Assembly: GCA_965206645.1 (NCBI GenBank)
Contig: CBDBKE010000004.1
Location: 32,001-96,000, forward strand
Origin: Terriglobia bacterium
Lineage (GTDB): Bacteria; Acidobacteriota; Terriglobia; JAJPHL01; JAPKYU01
Length of the DNA stretch: 64,000 nucleotides
Reading direction: 5' to 3'
A program made the translations under genes and the position numbers. Under the pieces are notes generated by a model. The model had not been told where the DNA came from, did not search any database, and saw only the letters and a list, made by a program, of their open reading frames with translations. Of this stretch, positions 30,898-42,844 are shown piece after piece (positions within the stretch are counted from its first letter, which is position 1; the number at the start of each line of letters is the position of its first letter).

Positions 30898-32122
30898 CTC
30901 GGAAACCCGGTCGGCGTGACTGGCTGTTTCCGCGTCCGCGATAGCCAGAAAACTGGCGCGGCGAATAAGATGGACGAGGTGATGGATGCAGTGGGGCGAT
31001 ACGCGCAGGCGGTAAATTGTCCACCGCAGAGAGAGGCAGTATTGCTCGTATGAGGCGCTCTATCCCACGCACGTCGCCCTTCTCATCGGGTGTGGCGAAA
31101 GATATTGCATGGCCATCTACGCCCACCCGTCCGGTGCGTCCAATGCGATGGACGTAATCTTCCGGGCTTCGTGGAAGGTCGTAATTCATAACGAGTTCGA
31201 TACCTTTCACGTCTATCCCGCGCGCAGCGATGTCGGTTGCAACGAGGATGCGATATTTTCTGTTCTTAAATCCTTCGAGGGCTTCTTTTCGCTGGCCAAG
31301 AGATCGATTTGAGTGAATCTCCGCAGCAGTGTGTCCTAAAGCGCGAAGCTGTGCAGCAATTCTTTTTGCGCCGACTTTCATGCGGGCAAATATAAGTACC
31401 GACCCGCGATATTCGGTCACAATCTTTTCGAGAAGCCGAGGCTTATCTTGTTTGTGGACGAAGAAAAGTTCCTGCGTGATTTTCTCCGGCGGAGAGCCGG
31501 ATGGAGCAACCTCGATCCGAACCGGGAATTTCATCTGCGTTTGCGCGATGGTCACGATGTCCTGCGGCATCGTAGCCGAAAAAAGCATTGTCTGTCGTTC
31601 ACGGGGAAGTGCTGCCAATATCCGGTTGAGCTGCGGAGCAAAACCCATATCGAGCATCCGATCAGCCTCATCAAGAACGAGGGTGGCGACTGATTTTAAG
31701 GAAACTGTCTTCTGTTCTAAGTGATCGATAATCCTTCCCGGCGTGCCGATCACGATCTGTGGATTCCTGCGAAGCGCTTTCACCTGGCGGCTGATGGATT
31801 CTCCGCCGATCAAAACTGCCGTAAGTAGCCGAAGCGGACCGCCGATCTTCTCGAACGTTTCGTTGACCTGCATTGCTAATTCCCGCGTAGGAAGAACAAC
31901 CAGCCCCTGTTTACCCTGAAGGGCAGCTTGTACTATGGGCACGCCGAAAGCAAGAGTTTTTCCCGTTCCAGTTTGCGCGACACCGATGAGGTCTTTTCCC
32001 TCTATGGCCGCAGGAATACACTTCTCCTGGATGGGCATAGGAGCAGCAAAGTGAAGTTTGTCGAGTATTGCGATTATGTTTGGGGCAATGCCGAGATCGT
32101 AAAAACCGGGGTGGGAACTCAT
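30800..32122 (-). CDS. DEAD-box RNA helicase (RhlE-like)
   Basis: Q motif, AQTGTGKT, PTRELA, DEAD, SAT, ARGID, HRIGRTGR. Confidence 0.95.
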   Translation of the reverse strand: MSSHPGFYDLGIAPNIIAILDKLHFAAPMPIQEKCIPAAIEGKDLIGVAQTGTGKTLAFGVPIVQAALQGKQGLVVLPTRELAMQVNETFEKIGGPLRLLTAVLIGGESISRQVKALRRNPQIVIGTPGRIIDHLEQKTVSLKSVATLVLDEADRMLDMGFAPQLNRILAALPRERQTMLFSATMPQDIVTIAQTQMKFPVRIEVAPSGSPPEKITQELFFVHKQDKPRLLEKIVTEYRGSVLIFARMKVGAKRIAAQLRALGHTAAEIHSNRSLGQRKEALEGFKNRKYRILVATDIAARGIDVKGIELVMNYDLPRSPEDYVHRIGRTGRVGVDGHAISFATPDEKGDVRGIERLIRAILPLSAVDNLPPARIAPLHPSPRPSYSPRQFSGYRGRGNSQSRRPGFRANIGAKPPNPASRAVPSCCGHRPRGGATWPAA

Positions 32123-32473
32123 CGCAGATCACTCTCCGTGGTGTTAAAACTCATGTTGCCGACATACAAGCTTTTCATTTCTTTTTGTCTCCTTAAAGTC
32201 GCCGCTGCGCCCGTGCGGAGCGGTCGCGTACCCCGCGTCAGCACATTGCTGCAGACCGGCTATCCGGAATTTGATGGAGTCAATCGGGCAGGAAGCAAAC
32301 GATAGAGCGAAATGCTTTCAGACGAACCGACTTCTTCAAATACGCATGGCAGTATAACACAGTACGACAAGGATGTGGGAACAAATTAAGCGTCTACCGC
32401 ATCTCCGAGAAGCTGGGCGCGGAGGGGAGGCGTATTGGCAGCAGAGACTATTCGATCTTGGTTCAAGCGAGGG

Positions 32474-34184
32474 TTAGCGAGAGTTGATCGTCCCGCGGCA
32501 CTTCGCTGATCCACATTTGCACTTAACCGTGACCTGATTGCGACTGAAATTATAGTCAACAGTTAGCTCCTCACCAATGTGGATAGCGCGCCTGCTCATG
32601 AAAAGAATACGTCCCTTAACGACCCACGAGCACAAATTTGGTTCACAACTGTGGTTGACGTACTCAGCCCCGCTGCCGGCGACTGAGCCGTCTATTGTCC
32701 AATAGTTGTTGCCAGCTCAACCGGTCGATGCAACACAAGCGTTAAATCGTTCTGCCGGAGTTTCAAACTCCAGCGTCTGACGGGGCCGTTCGTTCAGCTG
32801 ACGTGCCACCTTGTTCAGATGCGCCTGAGAGTGCACCGACAAGTCCGTTCCCTTGGGGAAGTACTGTCGGAGTAGACCGTTGGTGTTCTCATTCGAACCG
32901 CGCTGCCATGGACTCTGAGGATCACAGAAGTATACGTCAATGTCGGTCGCCAACGTGAACCGTCGATGCTCGGCGAGCTCCAGGCCTCGATCCCAAGTCA
33001 GAGATTTGTACAGTTCCGTCGGCAGCTTCTTCGCGTGCTTGATGAGCGCCGACACGACCGTCTCCGTTTTCTTGCTGGATACTTTCGTAAGCATCACGTA
33101 GCGCGTATGACGTTCGACCAGAGTCGCAATGTGGCTGTTCTTCGATCCGGACAGCAGATCGCCTTCCCAATGACCGGGCACGGCACGATCTTCGACCGAG
33201 GCCGGGCGCTCACGGATCGATACGATGTCGGTGATCTGTCCTCGTCCATGGCCTCTCAGACTTGCATGTCGGGATCGACGAATCGTCCGCTTTGACCGCA
33301 GATGCTGCATCAGCTCTGCCTTCAGCGCACCGCGGGCTTGAACAAACAGGCTGCGGTAGATGGTCTCGTGAGACACGTGATAGGACGGATCCTTCGGATA
33401 GGCTCGTTTCAGCCAGCTGGCGATCTGCTCAGGCGACCAGTTTATGCTGAGCTTTCTGGCCACTACCCGTCGTAGTTGTGGATGCTTGACCAGCTGACAC
33501 CGCTTCGGCCGGCGGGCCCTCTCCCCGGCTTGCTCATCGGCCTCCGCTGCTCGATAGTCATTATCGCCGCCATTCCGCCGAATCTCCCGGCTCACCGTCG
33601 ATGGTGAGCGACCCAGCAACCCGGCGATGGATCGTATCGATTGATGTGCCGCAATGCCTCGAGAGATCTCTTCGCGCTCCGACAACGTCAGTGCCCAACA
33701 TGAACGGCGTGGTGGCCGAGGACGGATGCCTCCGTACGGAGCAAGCTGATGGTAAACAGACGATGGCTGCTTACAAAACACTCGTCCAATCGACTTGAGC
33801 GACTCCCCTCGTTTCCACCGATCCCACACCTCCTCCAGTTCCGCCAGCGTGTAACCGCGACGAGCTCTTTGCTTCATCCGCATACACTCCACCTCCTCCT
33901 TTCAAGGCAAAGTGTTGCGTCGATGGGTTGAGACCACCGTTCAAAGCGAACAAATAAGAGGTGCGCCGCCGGACATGTCGTGACAACTGGTGCGGCGGAA
34001 ACTTTTCTCCAGTGTACTCTATGACCTTCCGTCGAGGTGGAATGGACTCCGTTGTGAAAACTCCCAGCCCATGGATCGGCGATTGTCGACTTACGAGGCG
34101 ATAACGTGAGAAGCGGCCATTGATTCTAGCGGTCCGAGTACGGCCATGACTTTCTCGCTTGTAAAGAGTGTTATTAGCCGACAT
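32474..34184 (-). pseudogene. SET-domain lysine methyltransferase split by IS30
   Basis: SPIHGLGVF...IEYTGE precede the IS; NHSCEPN, ELTVDY and post-SET CKCGSAKCRG follow it. Removing the IS plus 2 bp restores FALNNYWTIDG. Confidence 0.9.
32710..33938 (-). mobile_element. IS30-family element, transposase 32717-~33880
   Basis: GHWEGDL, TWDRGLE and PWQRGSNENTNGLLRQYFPKG motifs; IRs; 2-bp target duplication GT. Confidence 0.95.
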
Positions 34185-34237
34185 TTTAATTAGGGCAATG
34201 GACGTCGTAGGCACCTCGCCCCCCGGGGAATCCAAGG

Positions 34238-34271
34238 CACTTGTCCGGTTAGCGCGTTATACGTCCAAGTG
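34238..34271. other. 34-bp imperfect-palindromic site A (recombinase-site-like)
   Basis: CACTTGTCCGGTTA-GCGCGT-TATACGTCCAAGTG; same arms as 36591 and 50976 in reverse orientation. Confidence 0.6.
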
Positions 34272-34375
34272 GACTGCGTGGCAGCATAAGGAAGCACTAA
34301 CCGACTAGTAGGGACCTGCCACTGAATCTGAGGCGAACGTCTTCTGCTCAGAGACTTGGAGCGAGGCGAAGCAGA

Positions 34376-36016
34376 CTATTGCACGGCGATAGTGACCGTG
34401 TTGCTCGGGACGCCGTTTTGCAGCAGTAGCAGGGGCACAGACGAGCCCGCCTCAACATCTGCCGGGATTTCCACGTTCACCTGGTAGAGGCCTACAAAGC
34501 CCGGTGCCAGCCCGGCAAAGTGCACCGCTGCCGTCCGACCGCCCACCTGCGCCTCCACCGGCACCACCACTCGGGCCAGAGGCTCGGCTCCTGGCGCCGC
34601 CTGGCCCGAGGCCACCAGCGGATTGGTCGCACCCAGCCCGGTGCAGAACACCTGTATGATTTCACCCGCTGCAGCGGGCGCCGCGCTATCCACCAGCTGC
34701 CCCTGCGCGTCCAGGATCGCCCCCTGTCCGCTGCCTTGCTGGTTGGTGCTAAAAATCCCGGGCCGCGCCTCTGCCAGCGTGATTGTCGCCGGTACGGTGA
34801 CCGCCTCCGGGCCGCTGCCATCGCGCCGCGTCTGCACCACCACGTGCGGCCGGCTGTTGGGGGCTAACTCAAACGGGATTTGCGCGTTGATCTGCCCATC
34901 ACTGGTGAAGAACAGCGGTACCTCCACGCCTCCGATGTTCATGGTTGCACCACCCAGCGTGGTTTCTAGCGGCACCTGTGAAGCAAAACTCAGCCCGCTG
35001 GCCAGGTTGAGCCCAAACACCAACACAATGCTGCCTGGCGCCAGCGCTTCGCCCGACGCAAAGCTGGCCCCGTTCACTACGCCGCCGGCAAACAAGGCCG
35101 ACACCGTCGGGTTGGCTTGCACTTGGCCCTGCGCCTGTACCACCGCGTCGGCCAGCGGTGGCAGGCTGGCCCGCACCGTCACAGTCACCTGCGCCGCCGA
35201 GTTCACTGGCTGCCAGGTGCCCACGTAGATGCCGTTGCGCAGACTCGCCAGCACCAGCGGCGGGTCGCCGCTCGAGAAGCTGGCCACCACTGTCGCGGTC
35301 TTCACCGTGTCGCCGCAGTCGTTCACCACCTGCGCCTGGATCGGGGTGGGGAAGCTCACCGGCGAGGCGAAATTAATTCCCAACGTGCGATGCACCACCA
35401 GCAGTTGCTGCGGTGCACACTCCTGCTGCGCCTCGAAGTCGAAGGCTCTTGCTAACGTGTGCGGCTCGGATCCCCCGGCCGCTCCCGCAGTGCCTACCAC
35501 CAGGAACAGGATCCCCACCCTCTGTGAGGGGACTACCTGCGAGGGATTATCCAAGTCACTGAACTGGAATGCCAACTGGCCCCGGTAGGCACCGGGCGCA
35601 AGTTCACCCAGCGTGGGTTGCACGACTACTCTCCTGGGATCGTCAGCAGAAAGCGCCAAGTTGGGCGGCAGAATCTCCAACCAGTCGCCCCCCTCAAGGG
35701 CAAACAGGCCGCTGCGCGCTTCCAAGTTCCCGGGCGCGGCCGTACTCACGCGCACGCTTTGCGAGCCGGGCGAAAAGGTCCCGGCAGGAGTAGCAAAGAT
35801 CAGGTTTGTCGGCCGCACCACCACCCCCGGATGGCTTCCCGCTGGCAACACATCCAGGGTTACGGTCACAAGCTGGGGCGAGTTGTTCGCTCCCAATGCG
35901 TTCACGCGGATGAGCCCGCTGTATCGACCAGCGGGCAGCCCGCTCGGGTTCACCTCCGCCTCCACTAGAGGAACCTGGAGCGATGCCGCATCGCTGCTTC
36001 CGCTGGCTGGCGACAC
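34376..36016 (-). pseudogene. TIGR03437-type (Solibacter C-terminal domain) surface protein, 5'-truncated
   Basis: VVNGASF...APGSIV.VFG, QINAQIPFE, and GLAPGFVGLYQVNV...SNTVTIAVQ. An IS3 remnant replaces the 5' end. Confidence 0.8.
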
Positions 36017-36466
36017 GGTGCGGGTAGAGCGAAGGATGGGCAGTCAGGAGGTCATCGAGACGTTGTCGGACGTGATGCTGTGGAAGGGCATTCCAGAGCA
36101 CCTTCGCTCTGATAACGGGCCCGAGTTCATTGCCCAACAGCTGCGCCAGTGGCTGGCGAAACTAGGGACCGCGACGCTGTACATCGAACCGGGCAGCCCT
36201 TGGGAGAACGGATACTGTGAGAGTTTCAATGGGAAGCTGCGGGATGAATGCCTGAATGGAGAGATCTTTTACTCCTTGAAGGAGGCACAGGTGGTGGTGG
36301 AACAGTGGCGGGAGGAATACAACACGAGGCGGCCACACTCGGCGCTGGGCTATAGGCCCCCGGCGCCGGGGGCCTATAACCCTTTCCTACTACCAAAACC
36401 GGTTTCACGGCCCCAGGCTATGATGTAGACTCTCACTACTGTTGGTACAAAAAATCGGTCCGGTCA
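36017..36466 (+). mobile_element. IS3 remnant (3' orfB + right IR), diverged variant
   Basis: SDNGPEF...ESFNGKLRDE; ends CCGGTCA. Confidence 0.9.
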
Positions 36467-36590
36467 GTTGCCCCCCTGGAAAGCGATTGAGCAAGGCTAC
36501 ATCCCCCAAGGGTCGCATGTCCACTTCGCCGGGGAACAGCAATGCCGGATAGGTCCCCACTAACGGGCTAGTGTTTATCAATCCCGGTGT

Positions 36591-36624
36591 CACTTGGACG
36601 TATAGTCGGCTATCCGGACAAGTG
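36591..36624. other. 34-bp site B
   Basis: CACTTGGACGTATA-GTCGGC-TATCCGGACAAGTG, identical to 50976-51009. Confidence 0.6.
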
Positions 36625-36675
36625 ACCCTCTACGCCCGCCAGGGTAGTGGGTCAGTTTCCGATAAGCGCGTTATA

Positions 36676-37139
36676 CCCGGAATTTCCTTTTTGGCCTTCC
36701 GGCGATTGAAAATATACACGCATCTGCGTCCCAGCGAGTACAATGTTTTCTCCGCGAGGACCATCGGCTCCGAGCGTCCCTTTCGGGGTCCCCTAAAACC
36801 GTCCGATCAGCATCCAAACCCAGCTTTTTCAGACAACTCTCCATACCTGGGGGATAGCGGCATCGTTTTCTTGTGTGCCGTAGCCCAGGCTATCCCGACG
36901 GGAGTGCCAATCCATCGATCCGCCCCAGCATGCTGGCAAACAGCCGTCGGGTCAAATGGCCCTCGGCCAGCAGGAGCCAGTAGTACCGTGCGTGTTTTGC
37001 GAGCCGTCCTCCGGTTTTCACCAGCCGCTGCTGGAGGCTCGTCAAGGACCATTTCTCGATTCTCTGTGGCTGCACTAGCCGTCGCCACAGGTTGCCCAGG
37101 TTGTAGGCGATGATCGTCAGCCAAAGCCGTACCTCGTTA
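36676..37139 (-). mobile_element. IS1380-family 3' remnant with terminal IR
   Basis: NEVRLWLTIIAYNLGNLWRRL...KTGGRLAKHARYYWLLLAE; the end CCCGGAATTTCCTTTTTG matches 41728. Confidence 0.85.
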
Positions 37140-38389
37140 TGACCAGACCGATTTTTTGTACCAACCGTAGTGAGAGTTTACATCGCAGCCTGGGGCTGTG
37201 AAACTGGTTTCAGTGGCAGGGGAGGGCTATAGGCCCCCGGTGCCGGGGGCCTATAGCCGAGCGCCGAGTGCGGCCGCACCGTGTTGTATTGCACCCTCCA
37301 CTGTTCAATCACCACCTGTGCCTCCTTCAACGAGTAGAAGATCTCTCCATTCAGGCATTCGTCCCGCAGCTTCCCATTGAAACTCTCGCAGTACCCGTTC
37401 TCCCAGGGACTGCCCGGTTCGATGTACAGTGTCCCGGTCCCTAGATTTGCCAACCACTGGCGCAGTTGTTTGGCGATGAACTCGGGACCATTGTCGGATC
37501 GAATCTGTTCCGGTATCCCTCGCCACAACATCACGTCCGACAACGCCTCAATGATTTGTTGGCTGCCCATCCTCCGCTCCACCCGGATCGCCAGGCATTC
37601 CCGCGTGTACTCATCCAGCAAGGTCAGCAGCCGCAGCGTTCTCCCCTCGTGCGTTCTGGCACTCATGAAGTCGTAGCTCCACACGTGGTTCGGTCGCTCC
37701 GGCCTCAGTCGTACACAGGAACCGTCGTTCAGCCACAGCCGTCCTCGCGGCCTTTGTTTTTGCGGCACTTTCAGCCCTTCCCGCCGCCAAATCCGCTGCA
37801 CCCGGTCCTTGCCCACTTCCCAGCCCGCACTCCGCAGCAACGCTGTGATCCTCCGGTAGCCATATCGCCCGTACTTCGCTCCCAGGGCAATGATCGCTCG
37901 GGTCAGAGCATCCTCGTCCACCCGATGAATCGGCTCGTATCGTTGTGTCCCTCGCCATTGCCCCAGCAGCCGGCAGGCATGCCGTTCCGACAACCCGTGT
38001 TGCTCCCACGCACGCTCCACCGCACAACGCCGCCGCTCAGGGCTCAGAAGTTTCCCTGTGCCACATCCCGCAGCACCTGCTTCTCCAGAGAAAGCTCCGC
38101 TACCAACCGCTTCAGCCGCGTGTTTTCCTTCTCCAACTCCTTTAGCCGTTTTGCCTGCACCACCTTCAGCCCGCCGTATTCCTTCCGCCACCGGTAGTAG
38201 GTTTGGGTGTGGATTCCAGCTTCTTTGCAGGCTTGGGGCGCAGTCTTCCCGTTCCCCATCTGCACTTCTATCTGCCGTAGCACCGCTACAATCTGCTCCG
38301 GCTTGTAACTCCTTGTCGGCATGACCTCACTTCCTCCTCAAGTGGATTCTCTCTCTTTCCACTTGGTACAAAAAGTGCCGGTCAGGTCA
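37140..38389 (-). mobile_element. IS3-family element, full length
   Basis: Near-identical to 28931-30180; no target duplication. Confidence 0.97.
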
Positions 38390-39526
38390 AACCCTGCCTC
38401 ATTTCCAGAGGAGGCTTTCGCTCAGTTTGCCCCCCGGCCCCAGGGAGCCGAAGACGAGCTATCGGAGTCGGATCAACAGTTGTCCCCTCTGGATGCCATT
38501 GCCGGCCTGTCGGCAATTCAGGACAGGTTGCAGCAACTGGAACGGAAAGATTGGCGAGTCTGGTCAGCGGCTCTCGCGGTGCTGCTGCTGATGGGGACCG
38601 TGCTGGCACTCTCCTCGGCGTCCTTCTGGACACAGTTTTCCATCGTGCTGCTTTTCAGCGCCTATGCCGTGGTCCAGCAGATGGTGAGCAGACGAATCCG
38701 GCATGAGCTGTCCCGGCAGGTTGATTCGATGTTGCTGTCCCAGCAGATTGACTCGGTCTTCAACCTGAAATTCCGGACCGAGGATTCTCACCAGCTGGCG
38801 ATGCTGGATCCCGTCACCGGACTGTACAACCGCCGCTTCCTCGAGGAGCACCTATCTACCGAGCTGGCCCGATCCCAGAGGGAGGAAAATTCACTCACCG
38901 TGGTGGCGCTGCATCTGAAGGACTTCGCGCAGATCATCGACTCCTACGGACGCTCGGCCGGCGATCTGGTGCTGAAGCATTTTGGCGCACAACTCAAGAA
39001 AGCGATCCGAAACTCGGATTTTGCCGCGCGCACAGGCCAGGACGAGTTTATGGTGCTGTTCCCCGAAGGTAGACCCGAGCAGGTGCCGGCCACGCTTCTC
39101 CGCATGGCGGATCTGGAAGTGGACTTTCGTGCGGAGAAGATTCCAGTCAGCTTTGTTTCTGGGTGGACCGCCTATCAACCTGGCGACTCCCCCGGCCAGC
39201 TCTTGGATCGTGCCGAGCAGGCGGTTCTTGCCGACAATCAAACCGGCCAGGCCGAGCAGGAGGCCGTAGAGGCCCCAAGCGCAGTTTCTCCCGCTGAAGA
39301 AGATGGAGTCGCGGAGGCGCCCGGCATGCAGGGTGGCCCACAACCTGAACCAACTGCTGACGCTGGGCGACGGGTACGCCGAGCTAGCGCCAGATCAGAT
39401 AAGCCGGGCCGCTCCGCTACGCGGCGACGTGGAGTAATACCTGCGGCCGCTCCGGTAGGTGAATTCGCTGCTCTGGCGGCGGCTGCTCTAAAGCCGGGGC
39501 CCAGCGATGAACCCCAAGGTGCTTGA
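38390..39526 (+). pseudogene. Membrane GGDEF-domain protein, degenerate and probably 5'-truncated by IS3
   Basis: Two TM helices; DPVTGLYNRR; the signature reads RTGQDEF and the metal-binding DxD reads HLKDF. Confidence 0.75.
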
Positions 39527-39641
39527 CCTGCATGGCCTGTTGACCAAATTAACGGTCATCCGCGCCGCTGCTGGTCCAAAAGTACCGGGCAGAATGTAAC
39601 TACTGGCCTATTGGAGGCTTGGGGCGGCTGCGCTTAACTAG

Positions 39642-40067
39642 GTGCTGTATATGGAAGACAAGTTCGTAGGGCGAGTTGGTAGAAGCGACATTCTCCGAGC
39701 TATTACCCTGCTCGCTTTGCTCGCTTGCATAGTAACCATAGGCGTGTCGGCGGGCTGGCTCTATCCCCGAAAAGCTATCACCATCGAAAAGTTAGAGCGC
39801 AGCTTCGAGGCGACCCGTCATTATCTCGAAAACGGAGGAAACGCCTTCATCCGCTTCTTGAACCAGCCATTACCAATCCGCGTGGCTAGTCCGGCGCTTG
39901 AGAATGCGGAATCTTCTCAAGATGCGCGTTTAGAAATCCGCCCCCTGGAACCCTTCTCCAGCGGCGACACCAAGAAGCAGAACAAACGCAGGCATCTCGC
40001 GATTGGCGGAGCGTTATTGCTGATTCTCATTGTGCTTGACCGGTGGAGAAACAGAAGTCTGAACTGA
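39642..40067 (+). CDS. Hypothetical protein with N- and C-terminal TM helices
   Basis: Two hydrophobic segments and a basic C-terminal tail. Confidence 0.55.
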   Translation: MLYMEDKFVGRVGRSDILRAITLLALLACIVTIGVSAGWLYPRKAITIEKLERSFEATRHYLENGGNAFIRFLNQPLPIRVASPALENAESSQDARLEIRPLEPFSSGDTKKQNKRRHLAIGGALLLILIVLDRWRNRSLN

Positions 40068-40214
40068 AGGCCAGGTCCTCGGCTGCACATAACTCCGTCA
40101 GAATTCCTTCTCCTATTCTTACTGCACACCTGGCTGGTCATCGTACCCCCGCCGATGACCGGTCACATGTCACCGAATACAAGACAGCAAAGATTCACTG
40201 ACGAGCTGGCCGCT

Positions 40215-41653
40215 GAGAGTGTCTCACCTTTAGTTGAAAGTTGAGCGGCGGTTCGCTGACCTGGTTCCGTAGAATCGGGTTGGGAAACTTTCTGGAAAGG
40301 GGAACCGCCGTGCAGAGAAGCTACCACATCCTAGGCCGGAGCGATAGCCGAAGCTCCCGCAAACTGGCTGCCTACCTGGCTCGCCACGGGCAGTTTCTGC
40401 TGCCCTGGGTGGAGTTGATCGAACAATCGCGGTTAGCCGTCGACGAGCTGATCGACGTGGTGGGTAGGGCGGCGATTGAAGCGGTGCTGGAGTTGTCGGC
40501 CGCGCAGGTGGCCGGTCCACGCCGTCAGGGCCGGCGGCGCCGTGGGGTGGGCTGGTATGGGCGCCAGCGGGGACGGGTGCGCCTGAAGGAGAGAAAGCTG
40601 GCCGTGCACAGGCCACGGCTCCGGCGGCCAGGCCGGGGAGCGGGGAAAGAAGTTCCCCTCCCGGCCTACGAAGCCATGCAGGAGGGCGAGGGTCTGGGGG
40701 CCCGGATGTTGGATATCTTGCTGCGGGGCGTCTCGACCCGGCAGTACCAGCGGGTGTTGCCGGAGATGGCGGACACCGTGGGTGTGTCGCGCTCCACGGT
40801 CAGCCGGGAAACGATGGAGGCTGCCGCAGCCGAGTTAGAACGTCTGTTGAACCGCCGCTTCGAGGAAGTAGAGTTGCTGATCCTCTACATCGACGGGATG
40901 GTGTTTGGCGACCATCACGTGATTGCGGCTGTGGGCGTGGATGCGGAAGGGCACAAGCACGTGCTGGGGATTCAGCAGGGGGCTACGGAGAACGCCGCGG
41001 CCGTCCAGGACTTGCTGGAAGGTTTAGTGCGGCGAGGGGTGCAGCCGGCCCAGAAACGGCTGTTTGTGATCGACGGCTCGAAGGCCTTGCGGGCGGCGAT
41101 CCGCGCCGTGTTCGGGGCCGAGCAGCCGGTGCAGCGCTGCCGCGCCCACAAGTTGCGCAACGTCCTGGACCGGTTGCCGGAGCCAGAGCGGGACCAGGTG
41201 CGGGCGGCGATGCGGGCCGCCTGGCGGTTGGATCCGAAGACCGGCAGGGCCAAGCTGGAGAAGTTGGCCCAATGGTTGGAGCGAGATTGTCCGGCCGCGG
41301 CGGCCAGCTTACGGGAGGGTCTGGAGGAATGTTTCACCATCAACCGGCTGGGGCTTCCGGCTTCGCTACATCGCTGTCTGGCCACCACCAATCTCATCGA
41401 GAGTCCGCAGGCGGGAGTGAGGTTGCGAACTCGCCGGGTGTGCCGCTGGCGGGATGCGGCCATGGTCCAGCGCTGGGTCGCCTCCAGCTTCCTGGCCACG
41501 GAGAAAAACTTCCGCCGCCTGATGGGGTACCAGGACCTGTGGATGTTGAAAGCGATCCTCGAAGGATCAAAGTCGGCCACTCGACGGGAGGTGGCGTAGT
41601 ATGATGGCTCCGAACCGCCGCTACGAACTTTCAACTGAGTTCAGGACACCCTC
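40215..41653 (+). mobile_element. IS256-family element (second copy)
   Basis: Near-identical to 7017-8455 in opposite orientation; flanks do not form a duplication. Confidence 0.95.
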
Positions 41654-41727
41654 GTGCCCGCTTGGGTACAAGAACTGTCCCGTCTACGGCACTGATTGCA
41701 TCCTCTCGCACCTCGCAGCCCTATTAA

Positions 41728-42844
41728 CCCGGATTTCCTTTTTGAAAACGCAGCGGCAACCTTCAGCTAACCTCCAACGTCAATATTGATACTGGTTGCA
41801 GCATCAATCGGAGCGTTCGGAGGCGTAAACCCAATGGGTGAGAGCGGAAAACAGGGATTTCAGCTGTCGTTCAACCGATTTCTGCGAGTCGGATTTCAGG
41901 GATCACGGGTGACTTCCAATGGTGGACTGATTCTGGTCCGGGAGTTGGATGAGCGTCTGGGATTCAGCGAACTCATTGACGAGCACCTGACCGATTCGCG
42001 GGCAAACAATGCTCGGTTTTCTTTCGCGGACTTGCTGCGGCAGTCGGTCTACAGTCGCCTAGCTGGATACGAGGATGTAAATGATGCCGAGCGGCTGTCG
42101 CAAGACCCGACCTTTCGGCTGATTGGTTCAGAGAAGACTTGGGAACGAGGCGCGGCGCTGACCTCCAGGTTGCAAACTTTCGAGACGGAGATGCTGGCGA
42201 AGGTGGAGAACTTCGTCGGGTTAGCCCGGATCAACCGGGAACTGATCGGAAAGGTCGAAGCCTTCCAGTGGCACTACCGAGCGGTGCTGGATATGGACTC
42301 AACCGAGATTCCGGTCTGCGGGGAGCAGGAACAGAGCGCCTACAACGGACACTTCGAGTCCACTTGCTATCACCCGCTGCTTTTGTTCAATCGAGACGGC
42401 GACTGTCTGGCGGCCCAGGTCCGTCCGGGCAACGTGCACAGTGCCGAGGGTTGGGAGAAACTCCTGTTACCCGAGATTGAGCGCCAGCAAAGAATGGGAA
42501 AAGAGATTGCGTTTCGGGCGGACGCGGCCTTTGCCAAGCCGGAGGTGTACGAGGCATTGGAGGAACGGGGTGTGAAGTACGCAATTCGCATCCCGGCCAA
42601 CGATATTCTGCAGCGAGACATCGAAGAGCTACTGAAACGCCCCGTGGGAAGGCCCACCAAGAAACCGCTGGTCGAGTACAAGGGGTTCTTGTACCAGGCA
42701 GCCGGTTGGAAGACGGCTCGAAGGGTGGTGGCGAAAGTAGAGCATCATTCCGGGGAGTTGTTCCCGCGAGTGGGGTTCATTGTAACGAATCTGACGCTGC
42801 CGAATCGGGCGGTGGTGCGGTTCTATAACAAGCGCGGCACCGCA
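41728..42844 (+). mobile_element. IS1380-family 5' part (transposase from ATG 41834) cut by IS3
   Basis: TSNGGLIL, LDMDSTE, CYHPL, RADAAF and FYNKRGTA motifs; left IR CCCGGATTTCCTTTTTG. Confidence 0.9.
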
